NCBI RefSeq assembly: GCF_001194135.2
Contig: NC_068991.1
Location: 50,819,725 to 50,878,652, forward strand
Direction: 5' to 3'
DNA length: 58,928 nucleotides
DNA from: Octopus bimaculoides
Taxonomy: Eukaryota
Of the stretch, positions 47,081 to 58,928 are shown one piece after another (position 1 is the first letter of the stretch; each line of letters opens with the position of its first letter). The notes beneath the pieces were generated by a model, which saw only the letters and a program-made list of their open reading frames with translations, had not been told where the DNA came from and searched no databases. The translations under genes and the position numbers were made by a program.

Positions 47081-47891
47081 TTAATACAGCAGAAATGGAA
47101 TATCATATGGTTGAACTGAAGTAAAAATACATGGAAATGGATGCCAATTGATGCAATCATTCCATAGACTCCATTCTCCTTTCTTCTTCATATAATCTTT
47201 ACTATTTTTTGTTTTTCACAACTTTTCCTGAATACTACATGAAGAAACAGAGAACAAAAACCATGTTTTGCTCACAACATGTTAACTGTTAATTCTTGTG
47301 AACATCCTGATTGGTAATTTTCTCAATTCTTGCAGGAAGACAAAAACAATAAGGCATACAAGACATGTGTTGCATCCAGCATTTTAAGTGTTGCCATTCA
47401 TTAGCATTTATCAAGTAATTATCCATAGTGCTTTCTTTCTTCTTTCTTTCTTTCTTTCTCTCTCTCTCCCTCTATACATACGTGTGCATGCATGCATACA
47501 TATGTGTGCATGCATGCATGCACACATACATGTATGCATACATACATACATTCCTGCATGCATACATACATACATACATACATTAGTTATATGATTGACT
47601 AGAATCAACTTGTAGGATGCCAAGACTGCCTAGGTACCATAGCATTGAGTTCACATGAGGTAAAACAGTCATGTGGTATCCTGTGTTGGTAAGGGTACTG
47701 CAGGTATGTATATATATTAGGTATCAAATCCAATATTAACCATAGATCGGACTTGGGGTTGGTTCCAGGTGTGGTATAGGTATAAAAAGAACAAGTGGAA
47801 TTTAAAATTTACTACTGCTTCATTCAACCAAAACAGCTGCAGTAAATTTTAAACCCCACCTGTGTTCTTTTTCTCTGTGTGTGTGTGTGTG

Positions 47892-47923
<32 letters not shown>

Positions 47924-48709
47924 AAATCATCATGATCATCCTTTAACACCTGTTTTCCATGCTGGCATGGATTTTACACACACACACACATACACACNNN
48001 NNNNNNNNNNNNNNNNNNNNNNNNNNNNNNNNNNNNNNNNNNNNNNNNNNNNNNNNNNNNNNNNNNNNNNNNNNNNNNNNNNNNNNNNNNNNNNNNNNNN
48101 NNNNNNNNNNNNNNNNNNNNNNNNNNNNNNNNNNNNNNNNNNNNNNNNNNNNNNNNNNNNNNNNNNNNNNNNNNNNNNNNNNNNNNNNNNNNNNNNNNNN
48201 NNNNNNNNNNNNNNNNNNNNNNNNNNNNNNNNNNNNNNNNNNNNNNNNNNNNNNNNNNNNNNNNNNNNNNNNNNNNNNNNNNNNNNNNNNNNNNNNNNNN
48301 NNNNNNNNNNNNNNNNNNNNNNNNNNNNNNNNNNNNNNNNNNNNNNNNNNNNNNNNNNNNNNNNNNNNNNNNNNNNNNNNNNNNNNNNNNNNNNNNNNNN
48401 NNNNNNNNNNNNNNNNNNNNNNNNNNNNNNNNNNNNNNNNNNNNNNNNNNNNNNNNNNNCCAAGTTTGTGCCAAAACTGCTTTCAGCTGACCAAAAAGAC
48501 GCTTGGGTTTCAGTTGTACAAGATCTCCTTGATTGTGTTGAGAATGATGAAAACCTTTTGAAAACTTTGCGTAAGCCTCCGAGCAGGTATTGCCAAGCTG
48601 TTGGCAAAACTTTATGCAGATTCTCTGCTCAGCTTCCTCAGTCATGGTCAATGCAATGATCACATGCTACACACCTTCCTTCTAAGCACTGCTGTAAACN
48701 NNNNNNNNN

Positions 48710-49275
48710 CAGTGCTTGGAAGGAAGCTGTGTAGCGTGTGATCGTTGCATTGACCATGATCGTTGCAGAAAGTGTATGGCGAGGAATGTCTGAGTCACAC
48801 ACAAGTATATGAGTGGTTCAAATGTTTCCAAGATGGTCGAAAAAATGTCGATATTGATGAATGCTCTGGGAGACCTGCAACCAGTAGAACTGAGAAAAAC
48901 ATCGAAGATGTGTGTGCAGCTGTGAGGGGAAATCATTGAATCACCATCCGTGAGTTATTAGAGGATGTGCAGATTAGTTATGGTTCAGTTCAGTCCATTA
49001 TCACTGAAGATTTGGGTATGAGACACATGTTTGCCAAGTTTGTGCCAAAACTGCTTTCAGCTGACCAAAAAGACGCTTGGGTTTCAGTTGTACAAGATCT
49101 CCTTGATTGTGTTGAGAATGATGAAAACCTTTTGAAAACTTTGCGTAAGCCTCCGAGCAGGTATTGCCAAGCTGTTGGCAAAACTTTATGCAGATTCTCT
49201 GCTCAGCTTCCTCAGTCATGGTCAATGCAATGATCACATGCTACACACCTTCCTTCTAAGCACTGCTGTAAACAG
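48710..49275 (+). mobile_element. Rearranged mariner element
   Basis: The plus strand gives LQKVYGEECLSHTQVYEWFKCFQDGRK...SGRP...NH*ITIREL...SIITEDLGMRHMFAKFVPKLL. The missing N-terminus MTEEAEQRICIKFCQQLGNTCSEAYAK is on the minus strand at about 49140-49220. Confidence 0.85.
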
Positions 49276-49540
49276 TGGATGAGAGCTAGAACATTAAAAC
49301 TTAGTGTACATGCACAGCAGAATTCAAGGTTAATCTGTGTTAAGCAGCTTCACTCTGTGTGCTTTAGCTTCATTACTATGGCAGCAGTCCGGACACTTAT
49401 TGATCAGACCATGTATATATGTATTATATAGTCAATTAAAAAAACAGAGAAAAGAGACAAAAGAAAAAAAAACAAGTAAATGTGAGGACGTAGCGCAAGC
49501 AATGTATTAATATAACATTTGGAGAAGGAAGAGAGTAGTT

Positions 49541-49575
49541 GTTTTACGTTTTGAGCATAGGTCTTCTTCAGAAAC
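49541..49575 (-). ncRNA. Decayed minimal hammerhead ribozyme in a Penelope-type remnant
   Basis: Minus strand reads GUUU-CUGAAGA-AGACCUAUGCUC-AAAA-C-GUA-AAAC. Stem I GUUU/AAAC is intact, but G12>A and one stem II mismatch are present. Confidence 0.55.
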
Positions 49576-50512
49576 AGGAAAAATAGCAAAGTCTAAAGGG
49601 AAATAAGGAATAAAGAGGAAGAAAATTGCATTCGGTTCATGTGTGGTTAATATATAGATGGTATGCCATAGAAATGTGTGGATTGTTAGTTAATATCTGA
49701 TCCATCCATCCATTCATTCATTCACTCATTCATTCATTCATTCATTTGTCCATCTGTCATGAAGGCATGTGACTTGGCAATTAGGGTATTTGACTCACGA
49801 AGATTAACAATTGAATTATTTGTTAAATAAACAAACAAGACTGTTACAATGAAACAGAATGTTTAGAAAGAAAGAAATTCATTTCTGATTTCAGAAATCT
49901 CAAATTTTCTAGAATAAAACTAAAGTTTTTTTTATTTATTATTGTTTTGTACAGTTATCAACAATTGTAAGGTCATGAGTTCAATTCCTGGTGATGTGTT
50001 GTGTCCTTGAGCAAGGCACTTTATTTCATGTTGCTCTGGTCCACTCAGCTGGCAAAAATTAGTTGTAGCTGTATTTCAAAGGGTCAGCCTTGTCAAATTC
50101 TGTGTCACATTGAATCTCCCTGAGAACTGCGTAAAGGGTACATTTGTCTGTGGAGAGCTCAACCACTTGCACATTAATTCCTTGAGCAGGTTGTTCTGTT
50201 GATTGGACGAACTGGAACCTTCTCTGTCGTAACTGATGCAGTGCTAGTTTTGTTTTTTTAACTGATTTCAACCATGAGCTTCTTCACGTCCATCTTTGAG
50301 GACTGACTCAATCATAGTGACCCACTGTACTTATTTTATTTCCTCTTTTTGTCAAACCATGAACTTTTGTGATATAAATGCAAATATAGTAATTTCTTAA
50401 TTGTAAGAGAACTGGAGTTAGATTGATGCCATTGACAAGAGCGTTTGTATGATTAATAATTTTGGAGAAATTGCATTGTGCGCTTTACTCATTTGGAGTT
50501 TATTCCTGGCTT

Positions 50513-50554
<42 letters not shown>

Positions 50555-51040
50555 GCTCAATGCAAATAAATGCTATATATTGTGGCTTTCAATGTTCTTG
50601 GAAAGTTTGGAGTACAGTTACACTGGATGTGTTTAACCTGAAATTTCTACAGAATACACACACACACACACACACACATGTATACACATGCATACACACA
50701 TGCATACACACACATATGTATACACATGCATACACACACGTGCATGCACATACGACTGTGCATGCGCATATAGATATACACATGTACGCACATGCATACA
50801 CACACACACATAGTTCATATACATGCCATATTTTCAGAGACTTGCTACTCTATTGTTGCTAGCAATCTGTTTTTATAGAGAGAGCTACTTCATAAATGCT
50901 TGGGTCTCCTTCACATCAAACACTTCATACACTCCACACAGTTTTTCTAGTTTTGTCTGATTTGACGTAATAATCTCCACCGATATCTCTTGGATATTTT
51001 CTTTTTTTCGTTTTGTCTCTTTGTTTTAATATTTCAAAAG

Positions 51041-51106
51041 AATCCTTCATGAACCAACTGAAGATGAGTTCTTTCCTTGTTAAATACAATTCTGAAATTC
51101 TTTGCA
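51041..51106 (+). CDS. Candidate 66-nt symmetric exon
   Basis: Long pyrimidine tract ...atttcaaaAG|AATCCTTC...TTTGCA|GTAAGG. Open in phase 1 (SFMNQLKMSSFLVKYNSEILC). Confidence 0.3.
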
Positions 51107-52354
51107 GTAAGGAAAACCAGAACATGTAATCAGGAAAATCAGCTGCATTTATAATCTGTTAATTCTTAATTTCAAAATGGGTTTCTTTTTTAAATGAATT
51201 ATCTTACTGTGGCAGCAACAGGGAGTGGTGGGGGTTAATGATTAAATGGCTTAATATGTTCAGCTATATTTTTTTAAGCTAAATATTCTCTAAGCCTGTG
51301 TGTATTTCCTAAGAGGATATTAGTAATCACTTAGAGTTGTTTATGCTGATTTTTTATTTGGTCAGAATTAATTTTCATCCTCTGAACATATATGAAAGTG
51401 GCTCAGCAGCCAGAAGCCAGAATTATAAATCTATCAGTGAAGGGTTCAATTCTTGATTAGCATTTTCACTTTGTTTGAAAACTTCTTCAATTAATATGAA
51501 TATCTTTGATACAAAGGAAAACAGCTGGAATTATTCATAGGCAGAGGAGGTTGCTAAATTTTTCAGAACAATTACTTGTTTGGGCATCCGAGGAATGGCA
51601 TTTGTCCTTGTGTACCCTTTACATAGTTCACAGAGAAATTCAGCCTGACACAGAATGCGATGAGGCTGGCCCTTTGAAATACAGGTACTACTCACTTTTG
51701 CCAGCTGAGTGGACTTGAGTAATATGAAATAAAGTGTCTCACTCAAGAGCACAGCAAAGTGACCTTAGGATTGTGAGCCGAATACCCAAATCACTAAACC
51801 ACTGCCTTCACCTGCAATAATTACTCAGTGAGGAAAATACTATATTTATGATGATTGACCTTTTCTTTTGTGGTTTGGAGGAGGCTGGCTGGGTGTCTGT
51901 TTGGACATTTACGGAATGGCATTTGTCCTTGTGATCCTGGTATCTGTTTTAATGGTCCACAGAGCTTTAGAAACTATAATTGTGAATGTTTCACTTTCAA
52001 CAATTAATTACACAGCGAAATCAGAGACACATCTGAAATCTTTAACAGTGGTTCATTGATAGAATGCTCACCTGCCAAGTAAACTGCTTGGGTTCAATTC
52101 CCAACTCATGCACAAGCAAATATTATGAAACTAGTTTTTGTGTTTTTACAGTCTTAACTATCCACTGACACTGAAGACATAACTGAAATCTTTAAATATG
52201 ATAGAGCAATGTTTTGAAGGTTTATAAATTTCTACAGTAAAATAGAAATAAGAACATTGATAAAATGTGGAATTTTCTCACATGCCATTTGTGTAAATGA
52301 TGAAGTGCTATTTGAATATACATCAAGGTTATTGGCTAAATCATATTGTTCACA

Positions 52355-52394
<40 letters not shown>

Positions 52395-52810
52395 ACCACC
52401 ACCACCACCACACACACAGTACACATGTACGTACGTACATATGTATGTATGTATGTATGTATATGCATGTGTGTATGTATTTATAAATCAATTTTTATCA
52501 TCTTGTTCAGACTGGTGCTGAATAATTGTGGAGATTACAATTTTCTATTGGTTTGACCATAGTGTTAGTGGATATACAAATATTATCACCTCTGTAAGCT
52601 TGGCCATATTTATGGATATAGAGAGATTATCTGTTTTGTTGGCGTGTCCATTTAGCTTTATGTAGTCTTTCTTGTTCAATTGCTAACCACTGTTTCGACC
52701 GTAACTAGAAGCTATATATATATTTACTCCTACTGCAACAACCGAATCTGCAGTTGTGTGTTAATTTCTCTGCTTCTGTTTTTAATTACTCTTGGTGTAG
52801 ATATGTTAGT

Positions 52811-53194
52811 GTGGAGGCGCAATGGCCCAGTGGTTAGGGCAGCGGACTCGCGGTCATAGGATTGCGGTTTCGATTCCCAGTCCGGGCGTTGTGAGTGTTT
52901 ATTGAGCGAAAACACCTAAAGCCCCATGAGGCTCTGGCAGGGGATGGTGGCGAACCCTGCTGTACTCTTTCACCACAACTTTCTCTCACTCTTACTTCCT
53001 GTTTCTGTTGTGCCTGTAATTCAAAGGGCCAGCCTTGTCACACTGTGTCACACTGAATATCCCCGAGAACTACGTTAAGGGTACACGTGTCTGTGGAGTG
53101 CTCAGCCACTTGCACGTTAATTTCACGAGCAGGCTGTTCCGTTGATCGGATCGACTGGAACCCTCGACGTTGTAAGCGACGGAGTGCCAACAAC
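52811..53194 (+). mobile_element. Young family B SINE
   Basis: Full length, with a ~13-bp TSD agatatgttagtg. Confidence 0.92.
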
Positions 53195-55324
53195 AGATAT
53201 GTTAGTGGAATGGAATACAATTTAAAGTTGTAGTGGCATTAGCACAGTTTCTTCACTAGTTAGGAGAATGCTGGATATGGTTTTAATTTGGGGTTCCTTG
53301 ATTTTAATTACGACCATTAATCAGCATTTGTTAACTGAGCAAAGAATGACTTTAGCTTGAAATTTCTTTGGGTCAAATCCAAAATTTGAGGAAATTGGTA
53401 GAAGTAAAAAGTTAAGGGTTCCTTCAATGGAAAATAGACAAGGAGAAAGAGTTGGTGTCTTAGTGGTCAGCAGCAAATATCAACTGCCAAGACAACTTCT
53501 TCATCTTGTTCTAGTTTCTTTTGAAAGGCAACATGGCTGAAATGTTAGCTTCTCTTTATAACAATTGATCTTATTGGCATTCCATAAAGTCTCTTTTAGA
53601 TTAATTTTCATTCTCCTTTTCTCTCTTTCTGTTTGTTTCTCCTGCCCTCTCTTTATTCCTGAAGCTATTTATTGCTGGACTAATAGTTAACTATTCCTTG
53701 AAATGTAGCTGGCTGAATAGACATGTTGCACTGTCAACTAAAAAGTTAATGTTTCATATCTCATCACTCGTGCTTCTCTGTTATCTGGCATTTTGCTCTT
53801 CACTGCTCCTGCTCATGCATCTGTGAATAAGTACCAAATGAGACTAACAGCTCATTTCTGTAAGCAGCAGGAGTGATGTAAAGTTAAAGAATGATTCTTT
53901 TGGATGCAATACTGCAGCCTAAAAACCCCTAACAACATGTGTTTGATTATTTCCACTGATTAAAACATTAAAAACAGTCACAGTAGAGTTAAATGAGACT
54001 ATTAGGAAATATGTCAGAGTTAGTGGATATTAATTTTTGGCCAAACAAGCAAGGGATACTAGCAAGCAAAAGTGAAGGGCTATACTGGATCAAGAAGTGT
54101 TAGGCGACTTAACAAACGACCCCATGTCTTGTCACCAAAAAGTTTCAGTTATAAAAGGAAGACAAATGAAGAAAGAAAGATCTGGTACTCTGTCAGTTAC
54201 AATGATGAGAGTTTCAGTTGATCTGATCAACAGAACAGCCTGCTCAGGAAATTAATGTGCATCTGGCTGAGCATGTCACAGACACACCTTCACTTTACAT
54301 AGTTCTCAGGGAGAATATGACAAGATTGACCTCTTTGAAATACAGGTACACTTTTGCCAGCTGAGTGGAGTGGAGCAACACTAAATAAAGTGTCTTGCTC
54401 AAGGACACAATGTGCCATTCACAATTGATCTCATGACCTTTACAATCATGAACCAAACACCCTGACCACTAAGCCATGTACTTAGTTTCAGTTATAATCA
54501 AACAATAACTATAGTTTTACTTTCTCACACACATACATTGATACATATGAGTATAGACATAAAATATTTATATGTGTATGCATATGCACATACTTATATG
54601 TGTGTATTTACAAATAACATTGGAAATAGCTTCATCCTCTGCTGGGATGCAGATAGTAAAGTCTATTGGGAGGAGAGACTGACACTTGTACAGCATCAGC
54701 TGATGTTGTAAAAGTGAGGTGATTGTTCTTATTATTCCTCTTCACAGTTGATCCATGTTTTGTATTGATACAACTGTTATCCTTCGTGTGAAATATTGGC
54801 TGAAAAACAGAAAATACACGTAATGATAAGCAAATACTAATAAATAACAAGTTATGGCTGGTTGCTATCAGATGTGTGTGGCATGGTGCCAGTTTGCTAC
54901 ATTTTTGGCTCATTTTCTTTCTTCATTTCTTTTAAAGAGGTGCAGTGGCTGAGAGGTTAAGCTGATGGATTGTTAAATCAAAAATTAAAAGCTTCCTTCA
55001 CTATCATTTTGTGTTTTTTTTTTGTTTGATTTTGTTCATTCTTTGTTGCTAAATGGTGGATGGAATTGCCACATGTCTCATGTGACTGATTTCTATAAGA
55101 AAGAGCAATGATTCAAGCAGGGTCATAAAAGTCCTGTTTGACCAAAAATTCAGAAGTTAAAATATAGCGAAAAAATAGCAATCAATTGATCATTTAAAAT
55201 CTGACACATTAAAACATAAGATAGCAAACCACATTTAACATAATGAAAACAGAAAACATTAAATACATTACAATTCAGTATTTTCCAAGATGAGGAATTC
55301 TATGATTTGTAATAGATGTAGTGG

Positions 55325-55682
55325 TGTCTGGGGGACACCACTCTGATTGATTAGAGGTAGAACCCCTTTGGTCATGAATGCCCATGGGGTTGCGCCTAGA
55401 AAGTTCCCTTCTGAGGCACAAATGTGGACGAGGTTGTTTATAGAAGACCATGCATACAAGCCTTCCCTCTCCACGCCACCGATGTTATCCAAAAGAAAAG
55501 CAAAGGCCAATACAGCTTGGCACCAGTGACATTGCAACTCATTTCTACATCTGATTGAAGCGGAGCAACATGAAATAAAGTGTCTTGTTCAAAAACACAA
55601 TGCACAGCCCGGCCTGGGAATCAACCTCACTACCTCATGATTGTGAGCCTGATGCTCTAACCACTGAGCCATGTACCTTCAC
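55325..55682 (-). mobile_element. Family C SINE
   Basis: Homologous to 3822-4160 and 44515-44850. Confidence 0.8.
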
Positions 55683-55975
55683 TGACTGATACATAGTATT
55701 AAATATGTTTTCTTTAAATAATTAACTTAACTGACACTCTGTTGGTTATGACAGCAAAGGTTCCAGTTGATTGTGATCAACAGAACAGCCTGCGCATGAA
55801 ATTAACATGCAAGTGGCTGAGCACTCCACAGACATGCATACCCTTAGCATAGTTCTCAGAAAAATTCAGCGTGACACAAAATGCAACAAGGTTAGCCCTT
55901 TGAAATACATGCACGACTCACTTTTGCCAGCCGAGTGAATTGGAGCAACATGAAATAAAGTGTCTTGCTCAAGGA

Positions 55976-56055
55976 CATAGTGCATCACCAGGAATTGAAT
56001 TCATAGTGCATCACTCAGGAATTGAATTCATAGTGCGTCACTCAGGAATTGAGCT
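55976..56055. repeat. 26-27-bp tandem repeat, 3 copies, inside a SINE
   Basis: catagtgc(a/g)tcac(t)caggaattga(att). Confidence 0.85.
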
Positions 56056-56339
56056 AAATACCCTAATCACTAAAACACGTTTTTTCACCTGAAATAACTA
56101 CCTAGTGAGGAAAATACTATTTATGATGATTGTTTTTTTTTTTTTTTTTTGTGGGATCAGGATGGCAAACTGAGTGCCAAGTTATCTCTCTTACTTGCTG
56201 AAATAATTAAAATAATTTGTCATTGACTTACATTGCTTGTTTGCTTCCTCAGTGCATAATTATTTCTCGTTAATTTTTAACAGCCTATACATTAATTATG
56301 TTAACACTTAACCATTGACTCTTCTCTGGATGACATATC

Positions 56340-56900
56340 ATCATCATCATCATCATCATCATTGTCGTTTAACATCTGCTTTCCATGCTAGCATGGGTTG
56401 GACGATTTGACTGAGGACTGGTGGACCAGGAGGTGACACCAGGCTCCAATCCGATTTGGCAGAGTTTCTACAGCTGGATGCCCTTCCTAACGCCAACCAC
56501 TCTGAGAGTGTAGTGGGTGCTTTTACGTGCCACCGGCACGAGGGCCAGTCAGGCGGTACTGGCAACGGCCATGCTTGAAATGGTGTATTTTACGTGCCAC
56601 CTGCACAGGAGCCAGTCCATCGGCACTGGCAACGATCTCGTTGTGCCAGGAAAGATCTCACAAGTGCCAGGAAAGCGACGTTGGTAACGATCACGCTGGT
56701 GCTATTTACATGCCACCGGCACGGAAGCCAGACAGCTGCTCTGGCAACGATCGCGCTCGGACAGTGCTAGGTGCCAACACAATTTCGCTTGTCCCAACAG
56801 GTCTACGCAAGCCAAGTTTAGTGTTCCTAAATTTAGTTCCATTTCGATTTCACTTGCCTCATCATGTCTTTGCAAGCGGAGTTTAGTGTCCAATGAAGGA
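56340..56900 (-). mobile_element. Family E SINE
   Basis: Homologous to 18735-19190, with a (CAT)n flank. Confidence 0.85.
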
Positions 56901-57129
56901 ATGTTACACGTGCTTGAAGAGACAAAATAATTCTCAAATTTACACGTGTGCATGCACACATGCACACACACAGAGCATATATATAAACATTGGCTTGATT
57001 CACTAATAATAGCAGAATTTCTAGAATTTTAAAATGATGTGCAGGAAGCCATGACTCAGGAGTTTTTAAAGAATTTATCACAAAGAATAATACAAATAAC
57101 ATTTATATTTTAAGTTGCTGAGTGTGAAG

Positions 57130-57490
57130 GAAGGATTAGTAAGGGAGGCCCATGACTTTTGTAGATCCTCCAAGATGGTTGAGCTTGATGCCATTTATGT
57201 TTTGTTTAAATTACTGTAGGTCAACAGCTGCAGGAAAGAGATGAGCGGGAAAGTGATTCCAGAGGGATGGATGAAGGATTTGAGTATAGTGGTTTAAGAG
57301 GTGACAAGTGGTGGAGAGCCAAGTGGGTTGGAGGTGCCTAATTGGAGCAGGTACAAGATCTGAGGAATAGGGGCCAATAGTATAGCAATATAAAAGATAG
57401 AGAGAAAAGACAACAAGCCTGTGGGTCAGAGGCTGGAATGTGTCGGTTAGTGATCAAATGTCAGTTAAGTGGTCCTTCTCTGGATGTAGT
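57130..57490 (-). mobile_element. CR1/L2-like LINE 3' fragment
   Basis: Decayed minus-strand translation resembles the CLFY.Y....CS..L...P / SFFP....WNSLP tail. Weak match. Confidence 0.4.
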
Positions 57491-58211
57491 CCAGTATGTT
57501 TGTGTGCATAGCAACAGTAGTAGCAGTAGCAGAAGCACTGTTCTGGATGTGAATTTCACATGAGCCTTGTAGAGTTTCATCGACTGCTGGAGGTTGAAGA
57601 GGAGGTCTGGTCTTCAGGATGCTGGCCCTACACTAGTAAGGCTTAGCATTTGGAGCAACTGCGTGGGTGTCTGCTGAGGGTGATTCATGTTTAGGAGTGG
57701 GAGTAGTGGTACAGTGGTGATTTCCTAATATAAGTGGTGCTTGTGGTTATTTTTGTTGTGAAGAAAGACAAGATTACAATGACCACTCTGGAGTATTTTT
57801 AATCCCATTGGAATTAAATCCCTTCTCAATGAATCAATAAAATAATTATAAATGTTGAGACACTGATGTGATATTTTCACTATTCATAAATTTGTAATAT
57901 TTCCACTATTTTGATAAATCTTACAATTTACCTATTTATTGACTGTAAAACTGCTATAATATATTTCGTTTTTGGATTTGGTTTGCCAGATTTTTTATGT
58001 GATTTCGTGTGTTTTCTTATTGTGCCTTAAAATAGTCAAGACTATTGATAAGGTTGCAAGACGCAACGGAAATTTTAGGAAAATAAAAAGAAAAATAAGT
58101 AGAAATTTTACCGGTGAGTGTGTTAAATTTTAAGGCACAATAAGAAAATGACTCTCCCCAGACACAACAGAATATGCTATAATATAGTTTTAATATAATA
58201 ATGATATAATA

Positions 58212-58410
58212 AGGTGGCAAGCTAGCAGAATTGTTAGCACATTAGGCAAAATGCTTAGCAGCATTTTGTCTGTCTGTGCATTCTGAGTTCAAATTCTGTC
58301 AGGGTTGACTTTGAGATCGATAAAATAAGTAATAGTTGAGCACTGGGGGTTGATGTATTTGTCTTACCCCTCCCCTGAAATTGCTGGCCTTGTGCCAAAA
58401 TTTGAAATCA
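58212..58410 (+). mobile_element. Family D SINE
   Basis: aaggtggcaagctagcagaa...gccaaaatttgaaatc. Confidence 0.8.
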
Positions 58411-58719
58411 GTATAATAATGATACAATAATATAATAATAATGCAATAGTGATATAATATTATAGTAATAATATTGTAAAACTCTAGTTTTACTTTTGCC
58501 TGTTCATAATTCCATCAATGATGCATGTTTTCTTATTGTTTTACTGATTTTAGTCATCAGATTATGGCCAAACTGGAGCAATGCCTCCAAGGGTTTTAGT
58601 TGAGTACATCGACTCTTGTACTTTGTCAATTTGGTACTTATTTTATTGATTTTTAATTTATTAAATCACTAAATTACAAAAAAAGAAAAAAAATGACTGG
58701 TGTAGACATAAACACAAAC

Positions 58720-58928
58720 ATGGACATACATACATGCACATATGTATGCATGTATATATATGTATATATACACACACACACACATATATATATCTGGCTT
58801 GCCAGCTCCTGTTGAACTGTCCAACCTGTGTCCAATTCATCTGTCTGTCTATCTGTAAATACATACATACATATGTACATACATACATACATACATATAT
58901 ATATGTATATATATATATATATATATAT
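58720..58928. repeat. (TACA)n/(TA)n microsatellite mosaic
   Basis: Directly visible. Confidence 0.9.

Noticed and set aside
48460-48699. 240-bp exact duplicate of 49034-49273
   Set aside because: It is 100% identical and bounded by N gaps on both sides, most likely a scaffolding artefact. The same applies to the duplicated bases around the gap at 41433-41486.
50925-51125. Minus-strand ORF MFWFSLLQ...KTVWSV
   Set aside because: Its Lys/Arg richness comes from the complement of a plus-strand pyrimidine tract, and no homology is recognised.
52685-52715. Minus-strand GGUC-GAAAC-AGUG-GUU, resembling a hammerhead 3' half
   Set aside because: There is no CUGANGA upstream, so it is truncated or coincidental.
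6579-58892. The many 60-230 aa ORFs rich in HT, VC, IY, LS or X
   Set aside because: They are translations of microsatellites, N gaps or SINE bodies, with no coding signature.

Overview
AT-rich, repeat-saturated eukaryotic DNA. The tRNA-derived SINE families and the (TA)n/(CA)n/(TAA)n/(CAT)n microsatellites point to a coleoid cephalopod, most likely Octopus (inference from repeat content). I recognise no intact host gene. Nearly all ORF-track entries are microsatellite or SINE read-throughs. The real coding remnants are fossil transposons: CRE-clade and R4/Dong-clade non-LTR elements, an RTE LINE tail, CR1/L2-like tails, three mariner fragments and one Tc1/maT deletion derivative. There are also hAT and piggyBac MITEs and dozens of SINEs from at least five families. 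A CpG-retaining island at about 21.5-28.3 kb looks like an unmethylated promoter region. Several isolated short exon candidates hint at long-intron gene(s) that I cannot name. The most interesting signal is RNA-structural. A ~340-bp tandem repeat at 17.7-18.5 kb carries a type I hammerhead ribozyme in each of its two full units, with 342 nt between the predicted cleavage sites. That is the architecture of a non-LTR retrozyme or Penelope-type pLTR. Two further, unrelated minimal hammerheads lie at 34.95 kb and 49.55 kb. All coordinates were read by eye, and repeat boundaries are approximate.
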